Shown here one piece after another: positions 1-13,500 of a stretch of 64,000 nt of DNA. Numbering within the stretch: position 1 is the first letter of the stretch; each line of letters begins with the position of its first letter. The notes beneath the pieces were generated by a model. That model made no database searches. It was not told the DNA's origin and worked only from the letters and a program-made list of their open reading frames with translations. The DNA lies in NCBI RefSeq assembly GCF_032444005.1, contig NC_091289.1:20336001-20400000 (forward strand), read 5' to 3'. The position numbers were made by a program, and so were the translations under genes. Source of the DNA: Ranitomeya imitator. Lineage: Eukaryota.

Positions 1-2300
1 GGTAATGGCGTGGAACAATTTAGGATTCTCCGATCAGCACAGCGGCGTGAAATCGAATGGACCGACGCGTTTTGGGGCCGAATCCATCATCAGCTCTAAT
101 ATTGGAGCCATTCCTGCAGCTGCCAGCTGTGCCTATGGGAAGCCTCTGCCCTCCTGGTGCTATGAGACCCCTTCTCTAGAGATTTCGGGGGCTTTGTGTG
201 TTTGAGGGCTGCAGGTTTTTCCAGAAACCGAATCTGTGAACAAATGTTTTAGTATCTTTTTTTTTTTTTTTGCAAAAGTCATCAGAACCTTAGCCTGACA
301 AAAGCAAGCAGAGCGCAGGGTCGGGCATGCTGGAACAGGTGGCCGCGCTCAGCCCCATGCACCGCCGTCCCCTCGGGCCATATTCCAAGGGATTAGGCGG
401 TTTTGTGCCAGACAGGCTTGCAGATCCCTCCCATCACTGCTCCGCTTCCCTCTGACAAGTGTGAGGTTGGTTGTTCGTTCCTCTTTTAACTATTGTGTGT
501 AAAGAATGGAGAATCGAGCGGGTCCAGGAATATCTGGGTATGGAAATGAGAAAATCCTATTTATTTGCTTTGTACAGCACCTTCTCCGGAAATGTTCCCT
601 TTTTTTAAACTTTTGGAATCGATTTTTTTATATGGGTCCGATAATAAAAAAAAATAAAAAAACATTGTCTGTGTCACTCCATGGGGGACAGAGTAATAGA
701 TCAATGGTGGCAACAGATGGTTAAATCAGGTACCTCTTGCCCGCATTCTCCACCTTCTGTAAGTTTTCTCATCTTTCCCGGATATCCTCCTGGGCAGAAA
801 GTGGGACAGGGGAGAAGGGTGGCCTTAAACATCCCCCCCAAAAATGGCATCTAATAGCCCAACTCATCATTCTAAGGTTTATTTTAAAGCCACATTTCAT
901 TTTTTGGCTCGTGGCATTCGTTAATGTCTTTGTGGACCGAGTTCTTTTAGTGACACGCACAGTTCATGAATTTTTGCGCAAATCAAGAAATGCTCTTTTA
1001 ATTTTGCCCTTTTTTTTTGGGGGGGGGGGGGGTGCAAAATGTCACGTTTAGCTGAAGCGATGCAAAAAAAAAACCAAATTCCATTCATTAAAAAAAAAAT
1101 CACTCCAGGGAAAGACCGGAGCACTATTACTCAAAAACAATTAGAGACTTTATAAAAAGTAGCAATTGATGATTATCTGGAAACTCAAAACCCCACCAGC
1201 AATGACTAGCATAAAGAAAAAAAAAACACAGGCAAACACATATAAAATAGACTTTTTATAAAAGGCGCATATGAAAAACGGGCAAAAAAAAACGCAGCAA
1301 AAACTAGACAAAAAAAAAAATGGTGCAATGCAATAATGAATCGAACTCTAGGACATTCAGCCACCAGGAAAAGTGACTTTAAAAGTCCCTGCATGATAAA
1401 TTTCCCACTGATTGTAGGCTAACGGCTAACGTTTCTACTTGTAGAGAATGACAAGCCAAGCCTGGCATGTCAAGAGTGAGGAGACTTATACGCCATGTAT
1501 GCTACTCTGTGAAATTAAATATGCAATTGTCTCTTCAGAAAGGAAGAGGAGTAGAACTCTAGCGCCACCTATAGGAAGCAGCTATGATTCTGACATGCCA
1601 GGCTTGGCATGCCAATCTCCACAAGGAGAAAAGTTACCTCTTGGTCCCCAGTCCAGAGCCTCTAACCTTTCCAAATCAGATCTCGTACTTTGCACTGATG
1701 AGGGGCTGCAAACTGAGATTCTGGTTTGTCGTCTATCCTAAATCATATGGCAAGGCTCGTTAATGAGTCAATCTTGTCTTTTAGGATCGCTGCTTCCAAT
1801 AGGGGGCGCTAGAGTTCTAGTCCTCTTCCCCAGTGAATGTAGAATACTTGAGCGGGAGGGGGCTGCCGAATAAGGATAGACCTACTAATCTGGAAGGGTA
1901 GACAACTGTTAACCTTTGCAGGTAAGATGTGCGGAAAATCCGCCAGGTCTGAATTCACCCTAGCAAGATTCCCGGGGGCCCTTAATTGGTGGGTACAGGT
2001 AGGCAATTTGGGCCTCCATTGATTATCTCTCATTGGTTAAAACAATTTGTTTCTTGAATTTTAATATTGAGAACCAACTCTTGGATAAGGTCAACAATGT
2101 AAGAATAATGGGGTCACAACTGCCAGCGCACCCACCGATCAGCTGATTGGAGATGCTGCAGGAAGTAGCACAGCGCCATACATTGTTTAGTGGCCACGAT
2201 TGGTTCTTGCGAGCACTTCCATTCACTTATATGGGACAAAGCTTCTAATACCAATGACGGCCACTACACATTGTATGGCGCTTCAGCACTTTTAGACTAC

Positions 2301-2704
2301 GGGTACCGTCACACAGTGAAATTTTGATCGCTACGAAGGCACGATTCGTGACGTTCGAGCGATATATCCGTGACGTTCGAGCGATATCGCAATGTCTGAC
2401 ACGCTCCTGCGATCAGGAACCCCGCTGAGAATCGTACGTCGTAGCAGATCGTTTGAAACTTTCTTTCGTCGTCTAGTGTCCCGCTGTGACGGCATGATCG
2501 CATGGTGTAACATATATCGTATACGATGTGCGCATAGTAACCAACGGCTTCTACATCGCACATACGTCATGAAATTATCGCTCCAGCGTCGTACATTGCA
2601 AAGTGTGACAGCAGTCTACGACGCTGGAGCGATATTGTTACGACGCTGGAGCGTCACGGATCGTACCGTTGTAGCGATCAAAATTTCACTGTGTGACGGT
2701 ACCC
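2301..2704. mobile_element. Non-autonomous palindromic MITE (Harbinger/Tourist-like, GGGTACC termini)
   Basis: Perfect 34-bp terminal inverted repeat gggtaccgtcacacagtgaaattttgatcgctac. Flanks are TAC/TAA (imperfect 3-bp TSD). No coding capacity. Confidence 0.8.
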
Positions 2705-2744
2705 TAAGTTCACATTTTGCGTATTTGGTGCAAATGTTCACAAC

Positions 2745-3015
2745 TAGTGATGAGCGAGTATACTCGTTGCTCGGGTGGTCTCCGAGTACTTATTGGTGCT
2801 CAGACATTTACTTTTTGTTGACACAGCTGCGTGATTTACAGCTGCTAGCCAGCCTGAGTACATGTGGGGGTTCCCTGGTTGCTAGGGAATCCCCACATGT
2901 AATCATCCTGTCTAGTAGCCGCAAATCATCCAGCTGTGGCAAGGAAAACTAAATCTCCGATCAGTCATAAATACTCAGAGACCACCCGAGCAACGAGTAC
3001 ACTCGCTCATCACTA
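2745..3015. mobile_element. hAT-like MITE (TAGTGATGAGCG termini)
   Basis: TIR tagtgatgagcgagt...actcgctcatcacta. The 8-bp flanks ttcacaac/ctcacagc match at 6/8. The same family recurs at about 39620, 52129, 54951, 62850 and 63151. Confidence 0.7.
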
Positions 3016-3485
3016 CTCACAGCACTTTTGCCTGCAGAAAGTTCCGCAATGTAACACTGCACTAGGTAAGTAGATGAGATTTCAACAAATTTTATCGTGA
3101 CATTGCGGATATTATTACATTGTGCGGTGCAGATATTTAAATCCACATCATGTCCATACTAGGCATGGATTCAGAGTGGATTTCAGCATTGGCGATGGAA
3201 GGGATAAAGTCTACACTAAATCCGCAATTATTCTGTGTGTATATGTATATATATATGTATATGTGTATCTAAAAAAATAGAGGGAACACTAAAATCCCAC
3301 ATCCTAGATATTTCTGAATGAAATATTCCAGTTGCAAATTTTTATTCATTGCATAGTGGAATGTGTTCAGAACAATAAAACATAACAATTATCAATGTAA
3401 ATCATATTTAATATCCCGTGGAGGTCTGGAGTTGGAATGATGCTCAAAATCAAAGTGGAAAATCAAATTACAGGATGATCCAACT

Positions 3486-4560
3486 TCAGTGGAAATGCCT
3501 CAACACAAGGAAATGATACTCAGTATTGTGTGTGGCCTCCACGTGCCTGTATGACCTCCCTACTGTACAATGCCTGGGCATACTCCTGATGAGGCGTTGG
3601 ATGGTCTCCTGAGGGATCTCCTCCCAGACCTGGACTAAAGCATCCGCCAACTCCTGGACAGTCTGTGGTGCAATGTGACATTGGTGGATGGAGCGAGACA
3701 TGATGTCCCAGATGTGGTCAATCGGATACAGGTCTGGGGAACAGGCGGGCCAGTCCATAGCTTCAATGCCTTCATCTTGCAGGAACTGCTGACACACTCC
3801 AGCCACATGAGGTCTGGCATTGTCCTGCATTAGGAGGAACCCAGGGCCATCCGCACCAGCATATGGTCTCACACGGGGTCTGAGGATCTCATCTCGGTAC
3901 CTAATGGCAGTCAGACTACCTCTGGCGAGCACATGGAGGGCTGTGCGGCCCTCCAAAGAAATGCCACACTACACCACACCATTACTGACCGACTGTCAAA
4001 CCGGTCATGCTGAAGGATGTTGCAGGCAGATCGCTCTCCACGGCGTCTCCAGACTTTGTCACATGTGCTCAGTGTGAACCTGCTTTCATCTGTGAAGAGC
4101 ACAGGGCACCAGTGGCGAATTTGCCAATCCTGATGTTCTGTGGCAAATGCCAAGCATCCTGCATGGTGTTGGGCTGTGAGCACAACTCCTATCTGTGGAC
4201 GTTGGGCACTCAGACCATCCTCATAGAGTCGGTTTCTAACTGTTTGTGCAGACACATGCACATTTGTGGTCTGCTGGAGGTCATTTTGCAGGGCTCTGGC
4301 AGTGCTCCTCCTGTTCCTCCGTGCACAAAGGTCAAAGGTAGCGGTCCTGCTGCTGGGTTGTTGCCCTCCTACGGCCCCCTCCACATCTCTTGGTGTACTG
4401 GCCTGTCTCCTGGTAGCGCCTCCAGCCTCTGGACACTATGCTGACAGACCCAGCAAACCTTCTTGCCACAGCTCACATTGATGTGCCATCCTGGATGAGC
4501 TGCACTACCTGAGCCACTTGTGTGGGTTGTAGTCAGTCTCATGCTATACCACGAGTGTGA
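3486..4560 (-). pseudogene. Tc1 transposase pseudogene
   Basis: ORF fragments carry VLFTDESRF, LMQDNARPH and WPACSPDLYPIDHIW (DD34E region, E replaced by D). The N-terminal HTH frame ([21 protein letters not shown]...) has in-frame stops, and there are frameshifts. Confidence 0.9.
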
Positions 4561-4698
4561 AAGGACAACCAACATTCAAAAGTGACCAAAACATCAGCCA
4601 GAAAGCACTGGTACTAAGATGTGGTCTGTGGTCCCCACCTGCAGAACCACTCCTTTATTGAGTGTGTCTTGGTAATTGCCAATAATTTCCATCTGTTA

Positions 4699-4815
4699 GG
4701 GCAGCACGGTGGCGCAGTGGTTAGCACAGCAGCCTTGCAGCGCTGGGGTCCTGGGTTCTAATCCCACCTTGGACAACATCTGCAAAGAGTTTGTATATTC
4801 TCTCCGTGTTTGCGT

Positions 4816-4846
<31 letters not shown>

Positions 4847-4978
4847 ACATTCCAAAGACATACTGACAGGGAATTTAGATTGTGAGCCCCATTGGGGACA
4901 GCGATGATAATGTGTGCAAACTGAAAAGCACTGCGTAATATGTTAGCGCTATATAAAAATAAAGATTATTATTATTAT
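4699..4978 (+). mobile_element. tRNA-derived SINE with L2-like 3' tail
   Basis: A box tggcgcagtgg (4710-4720), B box ggttctaatcc (4754-4764), and an (ATT)n tail. It interrupts the Tc1 sequence. Confidence 0.85.
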
Positions 4979-5221
4979 CGGTTGTCTATTCCATTTGCAC
5001 AACAGCATGTGAAATTGATTGTCAACCAGTGTTGCTTCCTAAGTGGACAGTTTGATTTCACAGGAGTTTGATTTACTTGGAGTTGTATTCTGTAGTTTAA
5101 TTATTACCTTTATTTTTTTGAGCAGTGTATATACTATATTGCATGCATATAACACGTGCGGATTTTGCTTAGTTCAGTTTTTTTTCTTGCAACGCACGTG
5201 TTTTCAGTGTATAGATCACAT

Positions 5222-8040
5222 ACTCCCTCCTAAAACCTAAAGTACAGGCCCTCATCACCAATCTCGGTGGTGAGGATCTGGCGACTTATTTCCTAGAAAA
5301 AATCAACCACATCCATCAGGATATCTCAGCCCAATCTCCTCAGTGCCTGGATCTCCTGCCCTGCCGCACCTCAAGCTCACTAGACATCTTTGAGCCTGTT
5401 TCAGAAGAAGAAGTTTCCAAGCTCCTCGCTTCTGCTCAGCCTACAACCAGCAATAGTGACCCCATTCCTTCACCTCTCCTGCAGTCTCTCTCACCAGTGG
5501 TGACCACTCACCTGACTAAAATATTTAACCTCTCTCTTTCTTCAGGTATCTTTCTCTGCTCATTTAAACATGCCATCATAACCCCTTTACTTAAAAAGCC
5601 ATCCCTGGACCAGAACTACAGACCTGTCTCTAACCTTTCCTTCATCTCTAAACTCCTGGAACGCTTGGTCCACGCCCGTCTAATCTGCTATCTCTCGGAT
5701 AACTCTTCTCGACCCCTTACAATCTGGTTTCCGTTCTTTACACTCCACTGAAACTGCCCTCACTAAAGTCTCTAATGATCTAATAACAGCTAAATCCAAA
5801 GGTCATTGCTCCCTGCTGATTCTCCTGGATCTCCCTGCAGCATTCGACACTGTGGATCATCAGCTCCTCCTCTCTATGCTCCGCTCTATAGGCCTCAAGG
5901 ACACAGCCCTCTCCTGGTTCTCCTCCTACCCCTCTGACCGCACCTTCACTGTATCTTTTGCCGGCTCCTCTTCCTCTCCTTGTCCCCTTACTATCGGGGT
6001 TCTGCAGGGCTCAGTCCTGGGCCATCTCCTCTTCTCTCTATACACTGCCCCCATTGGACAAACAATCAGCAGATTTGGGTTCCAGTATCATCTCTATGCT
6101 GACGACACCCAATTATACACTTCTTCCCCTGACATCACCCCTACCCTAATTCAAAATACCAAGGATTGTCTGTCTGCTGTCCCTAACATCATGTCCTCCC
6201 TCTATCTGAAACTAAATCTCTCAAAAACGGAACTTCTTGTGTTTCTCCCTTCTACTAACCTCACTCTACCCAACATCGAAATTACCCTGGAGGGTTCAAC
6301 CATAACTCCCAAGCAGCATGCCCGCTGTCTTGGGGTCATATTCGACACCGATCTTTCCTTTACTCCGTATATCCGATCACTCACTCGCTCCTGTCACCTG
6401 CATCTTAAAAACATCTCCAGAATCCGACCTTTTCTCACCTTTAAAACTGCTAAGACTCTTAAGGTACCTTCACACATAACGATATTGTTAACGATATCGT
6501 TGCTATTTGTGACGTAGCAACGATATCGTTAATGAAATCGTTATGTGTGACAGCGACCAACGATCAGGCCCCTGCTGGGAGATCGTTGGTCGCTGAATAA
6601 AGTCCAGAACTTTATTTCGTCGCTGGACTCCCTGGAGACATCGCTGGATCGGCGTGTGTGACACCGATCCAGCGATGTCTTCACTGGTAACCAGGGTAAA
6701 CATCGGGTAACTAAGCGCAGGGCCGCGCTTAGTAACCCGATGTTTACCCTGGTTACCATGCTAAAAGTAAAAAAAAACAAACACTAGATACTTACCTACA
6801 GCCGTCTGTCCTCCAGCGCTGTGCTCTGCACTCCTCCTGTACTGGCTGTGAGCCGGAAAGCAGAGCGGTGACGTCACCGCTCTGCTTTCCGGCTCCCAGA
6901 CAGTACAGGAGGAGAGCAGAGAAGCAGAGCGCAGCGCTGGAGGACAGACGGCTGTAGGTAAGTATGTAGTGGTTTTTTTTTTTTACTTTTAGCATGGTAA
7001 CCAGGGTAAACATCGGGTTACTAAGCGCGGCCCTGCGCTTAGTTACCCGATGTTTACCCTGGTTACCGGCATCGTTGGTCGCTGGAGAGCTGTCTGTGTG
7101 ACAGCGTTCCAGCGACCAAACAGCGACGCTGCAGCGATCCGGATCGTTGTCGGTATCGCTGCAGCGTCGCTTAATGTGAAGGGGCCTTTACTGTCGCTCT
7201 TATTCATTCCCGTCTGGACTACTGCAACTCTCTTCTGATCGGTCTCCCTCTTACCAAACTTTCTCCTCTCCAATCCATCTTGAATGTGGCAGCCAGGGTC
7301 ATATTTCTGTCCAGCCGCTTCACCGATGCCTCCATCTTGTGCCAGTCATTACACTGGCTACCCATTCGCTACAGGGTCCAGTATAAACTCACCTCTCTCA
7401 CCCACAAAGCTCTCCACAGTTCTGCACCGCCTTATATCTCCTCTCTCATCTCCGTCTATCGCCCTACACGTGCCCTCCGTTCTACAAATGACCTAAGGCT
7501 AACATCCCCCGTAATCCGAACCTCGCACCTCCGTCTCCAAGACTTCTCTCGTGCTGCGCCAGCTCTCTGGAATGCACTTCCCCAGACGATCAGACTGATA
7601 CCTAGCCCCGACCTATTCAAGCGCGCTTTAAAAACCCATCTCTTCAAACAAGCCTACCACATCAACTACTCAGTAAACTAACTTTGTCCTGTTCCCTCCT
7701 TCCAAATATTATTCTGAATCTGCAACCTACTATTCATCTGTCTCCACACCCTTCATGCACACGATAACTGCACTTCATACTTGACTATTGCACTTAAACA
7801 CATTGGCTGATGACCGGATCATGCAGCTTTATATGAAAATCCCCATTTATTATAATTGCCAGACCTGAAATAACAAGCACTTTTCACCTATTGTGTCCCC
7901 CCATTTCCTTGTAGATTGTAAGCTTGCGAGCAGGGACCTCACCCCTTGTATTGAATTTATTGTCTGTACATGTCCCCGCTTATTGTAAAGTGCTGCGGAA
8001 TATGTTGGCGCTACATAAATAAAAAATATTATTATTATTA
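5222..8040 (+). mobile_element. 5'-truncated L2 (CR1/L2 clade) LINE, frameshifted, interrupted by a MITE
   Basis: RT motifs [28 protein letters not shown] and YADDTQLY, plus C-terminal LHWLPIRYRVQYKL. It ends in an (ATT)n tail at about 8040. The 5' boundary is approximate. Confidence 0.88.
6462..7187. mobile_element. PIF/Harbinger-type MITE inserted in L2
   Basis: AGG...CCT termini with an imperfect TIR (aggtaccttcacac / aggccccttcacat). Perfect TTA TSD at 6459-6461 and 7188-7190. Removing it restores the L2 frame KTAKTLTVALIHSRLDYCN. Confidence 0.88.
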
Positions 8041-9920
8041 TAGATTTTATTTTTTCTCATTTAAGCAGAGTTGCAGCAAAAAACTCAGATTACAATGCAG
8101 AATTAAAAGGGATACAACGCCGAAACACAAAAAATGAGTGATATTGCAAAAAAAAAATAAAAAATAAAAAATAAATTGGGGATTAATATTTAATTTTTAT
8201 TTTCATGCAAAAGTGTGGCGAAGCCCCGACTGTGACCCGGAGTCACCCAACCAGCCGAGGCCTCTGCCAGCAGCCTATGGTAACACCTGCTACTGTATGG
8301 GTGAAGAAATACTGCCACCTAGTGTCAGACTATTACATCTACGCATCCTGAGGATAGGCCATGTTCACACGTCCCAGATTCCATATCTAGTGGATAATAG
8401 CGCTCACACAGGGGTCATCGCTATATATTATGTAATAAGACCTCACATTTATGATTTTGTAAGGGTGACAAGTTTTCGTGACTTCTTCATCGCATACATT
8501 TCAGTGGGGTCACTTCTGCAGCAGATGCAGGGATTTCTGTATTCACATACATAGGAGAAAAATAAGATATTTCTGCAACAAATATTCCATAGATTTTTGG
8601 GGACTTTTTTTTTCTAATGTGACCCTATATTTCACTGTGAATAATAAAAGACTTTTCCATTTCCAGTTTCCTGTACGATGTCGATCCCGAGTCCCAATCC
8701 ATGCGGAATCTGATTCATTAATTATTAACGTGTTAAGCCATGTTCACATGATGTTTCATGAAAAACGATAAGTTTTCCCAGAGAAAACGGTTCCAAAATA
8801 CGCTCCTTTTTTAGGAGAAATTTTCTGTCGGTTTTGGAAGAGTTATTTTTTTCCTTATGTATTTTTTGCAGGTTTTTTAATTCAGCCCAGTTTGGAGCAG
8901 GATCCGCTTAAAAAAGTGACTTTTTTTGTTCATCGGGCATTTTTAAAAACCTCTTCAGGAAATAAATAATGAAAAAAAAAAAAGTGCAGCAAAGTGGAAA
9001 TGAATGGTAAGTTTTACAAGTGTTTTATAAAAGCAGTTTGGAAGAGGATTTTGGAGCAGATTTATTAAAAATAATCCTCAAAAAATCTCCATTTGTGCAT
9101 AACAATTTTTCACTGCAAATCAGCAATAGAAAAAAAATCTGCGGTACATGGACGGACTGTTGATATTTCTTTTGGAAGCAGCAAGAGGAGAAATATATTT
9201 AAATTTCCCCATAGTGTTTGTGTCTACAGAAAATTCACTCGTATTTGGCAGATTTTCCCCCAAATTCATCACATTTCAAAAATGCCTTTTTTTGTGCCTT
9301 TTTAGAGCTTTTTGTGCCTTTTTCCAATGTCGCACGTTCCGGCTCATTCAGACGTCCGTATTTTTCAGAAAAATTTGACAGATTTTGTACTTTACTGGGG
9401 AACTTAAGGAGAATTGCGCAAACATTTTGGGACATTTAAAAAAGTCACAAGTGATGAATGAGCAAACTGCGCCCATAATGGCAAAGAAAACAAAAGACAA
9501 AACCAAGTAAACTTAAAAAAGAGCAAATGAAATAATGAGAAGGGCACAAATAAAAAGTCGGGGATACAGCCATTTTTACTCTAGAAAAAAAGACATGAAA
9601 GAGATAACGAGCCAGCGCCAGATTATATTAAAAGTTGCAGATTCCTTCACTATATAATATAAGTCATAAAATTGATAATGAGCAAGCGCCAGATTATATT
9701 AAAAGTTGAGGATTCTTTCACTATGCAAGGCATAAGAGATAATGAGCAAGCTCCATATAATATTAAAAGTTGCAGATTCCTTCACTATATAATAATTTAG
9801 CACTAAAATGGAAACCTGCTTTAAAGGAGGATGGACATTGCAAACTGAAACCTGATAGGCTACTGAGTGTAAATTTTAATTTTTATTTTAAATGTTTTTT
9901 TTTTAAATAAAAAATATATA

Positions 9921-9925
<5 letters not shown>

Positions 9926-9961
<36 letters not shown>
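9926..9961. repeat. (TA)n microsatellite
   Basis: Uninterrupted TA run of about 18 units. Confidence 0.9.
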
Positions 9962-9965
<4 letters not shown>

Positions 9966-10552
9966 GATTCTATTATTTTAACCCCTGTCCTTTCTGTCTA
10001 AATATGATCCATATTTTTTATGTGAATATTAACAAAAAATGATCCACGGCCACATTATCCCAGGTATTTTATGAGCTGAATTTAGTTCCCAGAATTGCAG
10101 ACAACCTGCGATCGCTTATGCCGGCCAAAATCTGACAGTTCATGGCTCTATCTTCTATCTTATCCTGCGAAGCATAATAATAATAATCAGGGTAAATCCC
10201 ACAGGAGAGGGCACCATGTGATTTCATAACAGGCGCCAGATCCTATGTCTCGGTCAGAAGTGACGCGTAGACTCAGTGATAATAATTTACTATTTGACAG
10301 AGGATCAATATCAGACTGGAATATTTATTAGGGTTACCCAGCATGAGACAACACATATCTGTTGCTGCTTTTTCACTCATAAACAGCGCCACTTTTCTGC
10401 ACAGGTTGTATCTGAAATTACAGCTCTGCCACATTTATATTAATAGAGCTGAAATGACAAACCAGACATGAACCACGGACAATAGTGACGTTGTTTCTGG
10501 GGGAAAAAAAGCAGCCACACTTATTTTTATTACCTTTGAGTCTGAATGTTCA

Positions 10553-13500
10553 ACTCAGGATCGAGATACATCCTGTATTATTCTCCAGAGCTGCACTCAC
10601 TATTCTGCTGGTGCAGTCACTGTGTGCATACATTACATTACTGATCCTGAGTTACATCCTGTATTATACTCCAGAGCTGCACTCACTATTCCGCCAGTGC
10701 AGTCACTGTGTACATACATTACATTACTGGTCCTGAGTTACATCCTGTATTATACTCCAGAGCTGCACTCACTATTCTGCTGGTGCAGTCACTGTGTACA
10801 TACATTACATTACTGATCCTGAGTTACATCCTGTATTATACTCCAGAGCTGCACTCACTATTCTGCTGGTGCAGTCACTGTGTACATACATTACATTACT
10901 GATCCTGGGTTACAGCCTGTATTATACTCCAGAGCTGCACTCACTATTCTGCTGGTGCAGTCACTGTGTACATACATTACATTACTGATCCTGGGTTACA
11001 GCCTGTATTATACTCCAGAGCTGCACTCACTATTCTGCTGGTGCAGTCACTGTGTACATACATTACATTACTGATCCTGAGTTACAGCCTGTATTATACT
11101 CCAGAGCTGCACTCACTATTCCGCCGGTGCAGTCACTGTGTACATACATTACATTACTGATCCTGAGTTACATCCTGTATTATACCCCAGAGCTGCACTC
11201 ACTATTCTGCTGGTGCAGTCACTGTGTACATACATTACATTACTGATCCTGAGTTACATCCTGTATTATACTCCAGAGCTGCACTCACTATTCCGCCGGT
11301 GCAGTCACTGTGTACATACATTACATTACTGATCCTGAGTTACATCCTGTCTTATACCCCAGAGCTGCACTCACTATTCTGCTGGTGCAGTCACTGTGTA
11401 CATACATTACATTACTGATCCTGAGTTACATCCTGTATTAAACTCCAGAGCTGCACTCACTATTCTGCTGGTGCAGTCACTGTGTACATACATTACATTA
11501 CTGATCCTGGGTTACAGCCTGTATTATACTCCAGAGCTGCACTCACTATTCCGCCGATGCAGTCACTGTGTACATACATTTCATTACTGATCCTAAGTTA
11601 CATCCTGTATTAAACTCCAGAGCTGCACTCACTATTCTGCTGGTGCAGTCACTGTGTACATACATTACATTACTGATCCTGAGTTACATCCTGTATTATA
11701 CCCCAGAGCTGCACTCACTATTCTGCTGGTGCAGTCACTGTGTACATACATTACATTACTGATCCTGAGTTACATCCTGTATTATGCTCCAGAGCTGCAC
11801 TCACTATTCTGCTGGTGCAGTCACTGTGTACATACATTACTGATCCTGAGTTACATCCTGTATTATGCTCCAGAGCTGCACTCACTATTCTGCTGGTGCA
11901 GTCACTGTGTACATACATTACATTACTGATCCTGAGTTACATCCTGTATTATACCCCAGAGCTGCACTCACTATTCTGCTGGTGCAGTCACTGTGTACAT
12001 ACATTACATTACTGATCCTGAGTTACATCCTGTATTATACCCCAGAGCTGCACTCACTATTCTGCTGGTGCAGTCACTGTGTACATACATTACATTACTG
12101 ATCCTGAGTTGCATCCTGTATTATGCTCCAGAGCTGCACTCACTATTCTGTTGGTGCAGTCACTGTGTACATACATTACATTACTGATCCTGAGTTACCT
12201 CTTGTATTATACTCCAGAGCTGCACTCACTATTCTGTTGGTGCAGTCACTGTGTACATACATTACATTACTGATCCTGAGTTACATCCTGTATTATGCTA
12301 CAGAGCTGCACTCACTATTCTGCTGGTGCAGTCACTGTGTACATACATTACTGATCCTGAGTTACATCCTGTATTATACCCCAGAGCTGCACTCACTATT
12401 CTGCTGGTGCAGTCACTGTGTACATACATTACATTACTGATCCTGAGTTACATCCTGTATAATACCCCAGAGCTGCACTCACTATTCTGCTGGTGCAGTC
12501 ACTGTGTACATACATTACATTACTGATCCTGAGTTACATCCTGCATTATACCCCAGAGCTGCGCTCACTATTCTGCTGGTGCAGTCACTGTGTACATACA
12601 TTACATTACTGATCCTGAGTTACATCCTGTATTATACTCCAGAGCTGCACTCACTATTCTGCTGGTGCAGTCACTGTGTACATACATTACATTACTGATC
12701 CTGAGTTACATCCTGTATTATACTCCAGAGCTGCACTCACTATTCTGCTGGTGCAGTCACTGTGTACATACATTACATTACGGATCCTGAGTTACATCCT
12801 GTATTATACTCCAGAGCTGCACTCACTATTCTGCTGGTGCAGTCACTGTGTACATACATTACATTACTGATCCTGAGTTACATCCTGTATTATACTCCAG
12901 AGCTGCACTCACTATTCTGCTGGTGCAGTCACTGTGTACATACATTACATTGCTGATCCTGAGTTACATCCTGTATTATACCCCAGAGCTGCACTCACTA
13001 TTCTGCTGGTGCAGTCACTGTGTACATACATTACATTACTGATACTGAGTTACCTCCTGTATTATACCCCAGAGCTGCACTCACTATTCTGCTGGTGCCG
13101 TCACTGTGTACATACATTATATTACTGATCCTGAGTTACATCCTGTATTATACCCCAGAGCTGCACTCACTATTCTGCTGGTGCAGTCACTGTGTACATA
13201 CATTACATTACTGATACTGAGCTACATCCTGTATTATACCCCAGAGCTGCACTCACTATTCTGCTGGTGCCGTCACTGTGTACATACATTATATTACTGA
13301 TCCTGAGTTACATCCTGTATTATACCCCAGAGCTGCACTCACTATTCTGCTGGTGCAGTCACTGTGTACATACATTACATTACTGATCCTGAGTTACATC
13401 CTGTATTATACCCCAGAGCTGCACTCACTATTCTGCTGGTGCCGTCACTGTGTACATACATTATATTACTGATCCTGAGTTACATCCTGTATTATACCCC

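Larger units (their letters stand above)
3269..5127 (-). mobile_element. Decayed Tc1 DNA transposon (with SINE inserted)
   Basis: Right end tttatttttttgagcagtg followed by TA. The left end is a degenerate copy (ctaaaaaaatagagggaacac) after a TA/TG microsatellite. Transposase remnants lie inside. Confidence 0.85.
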
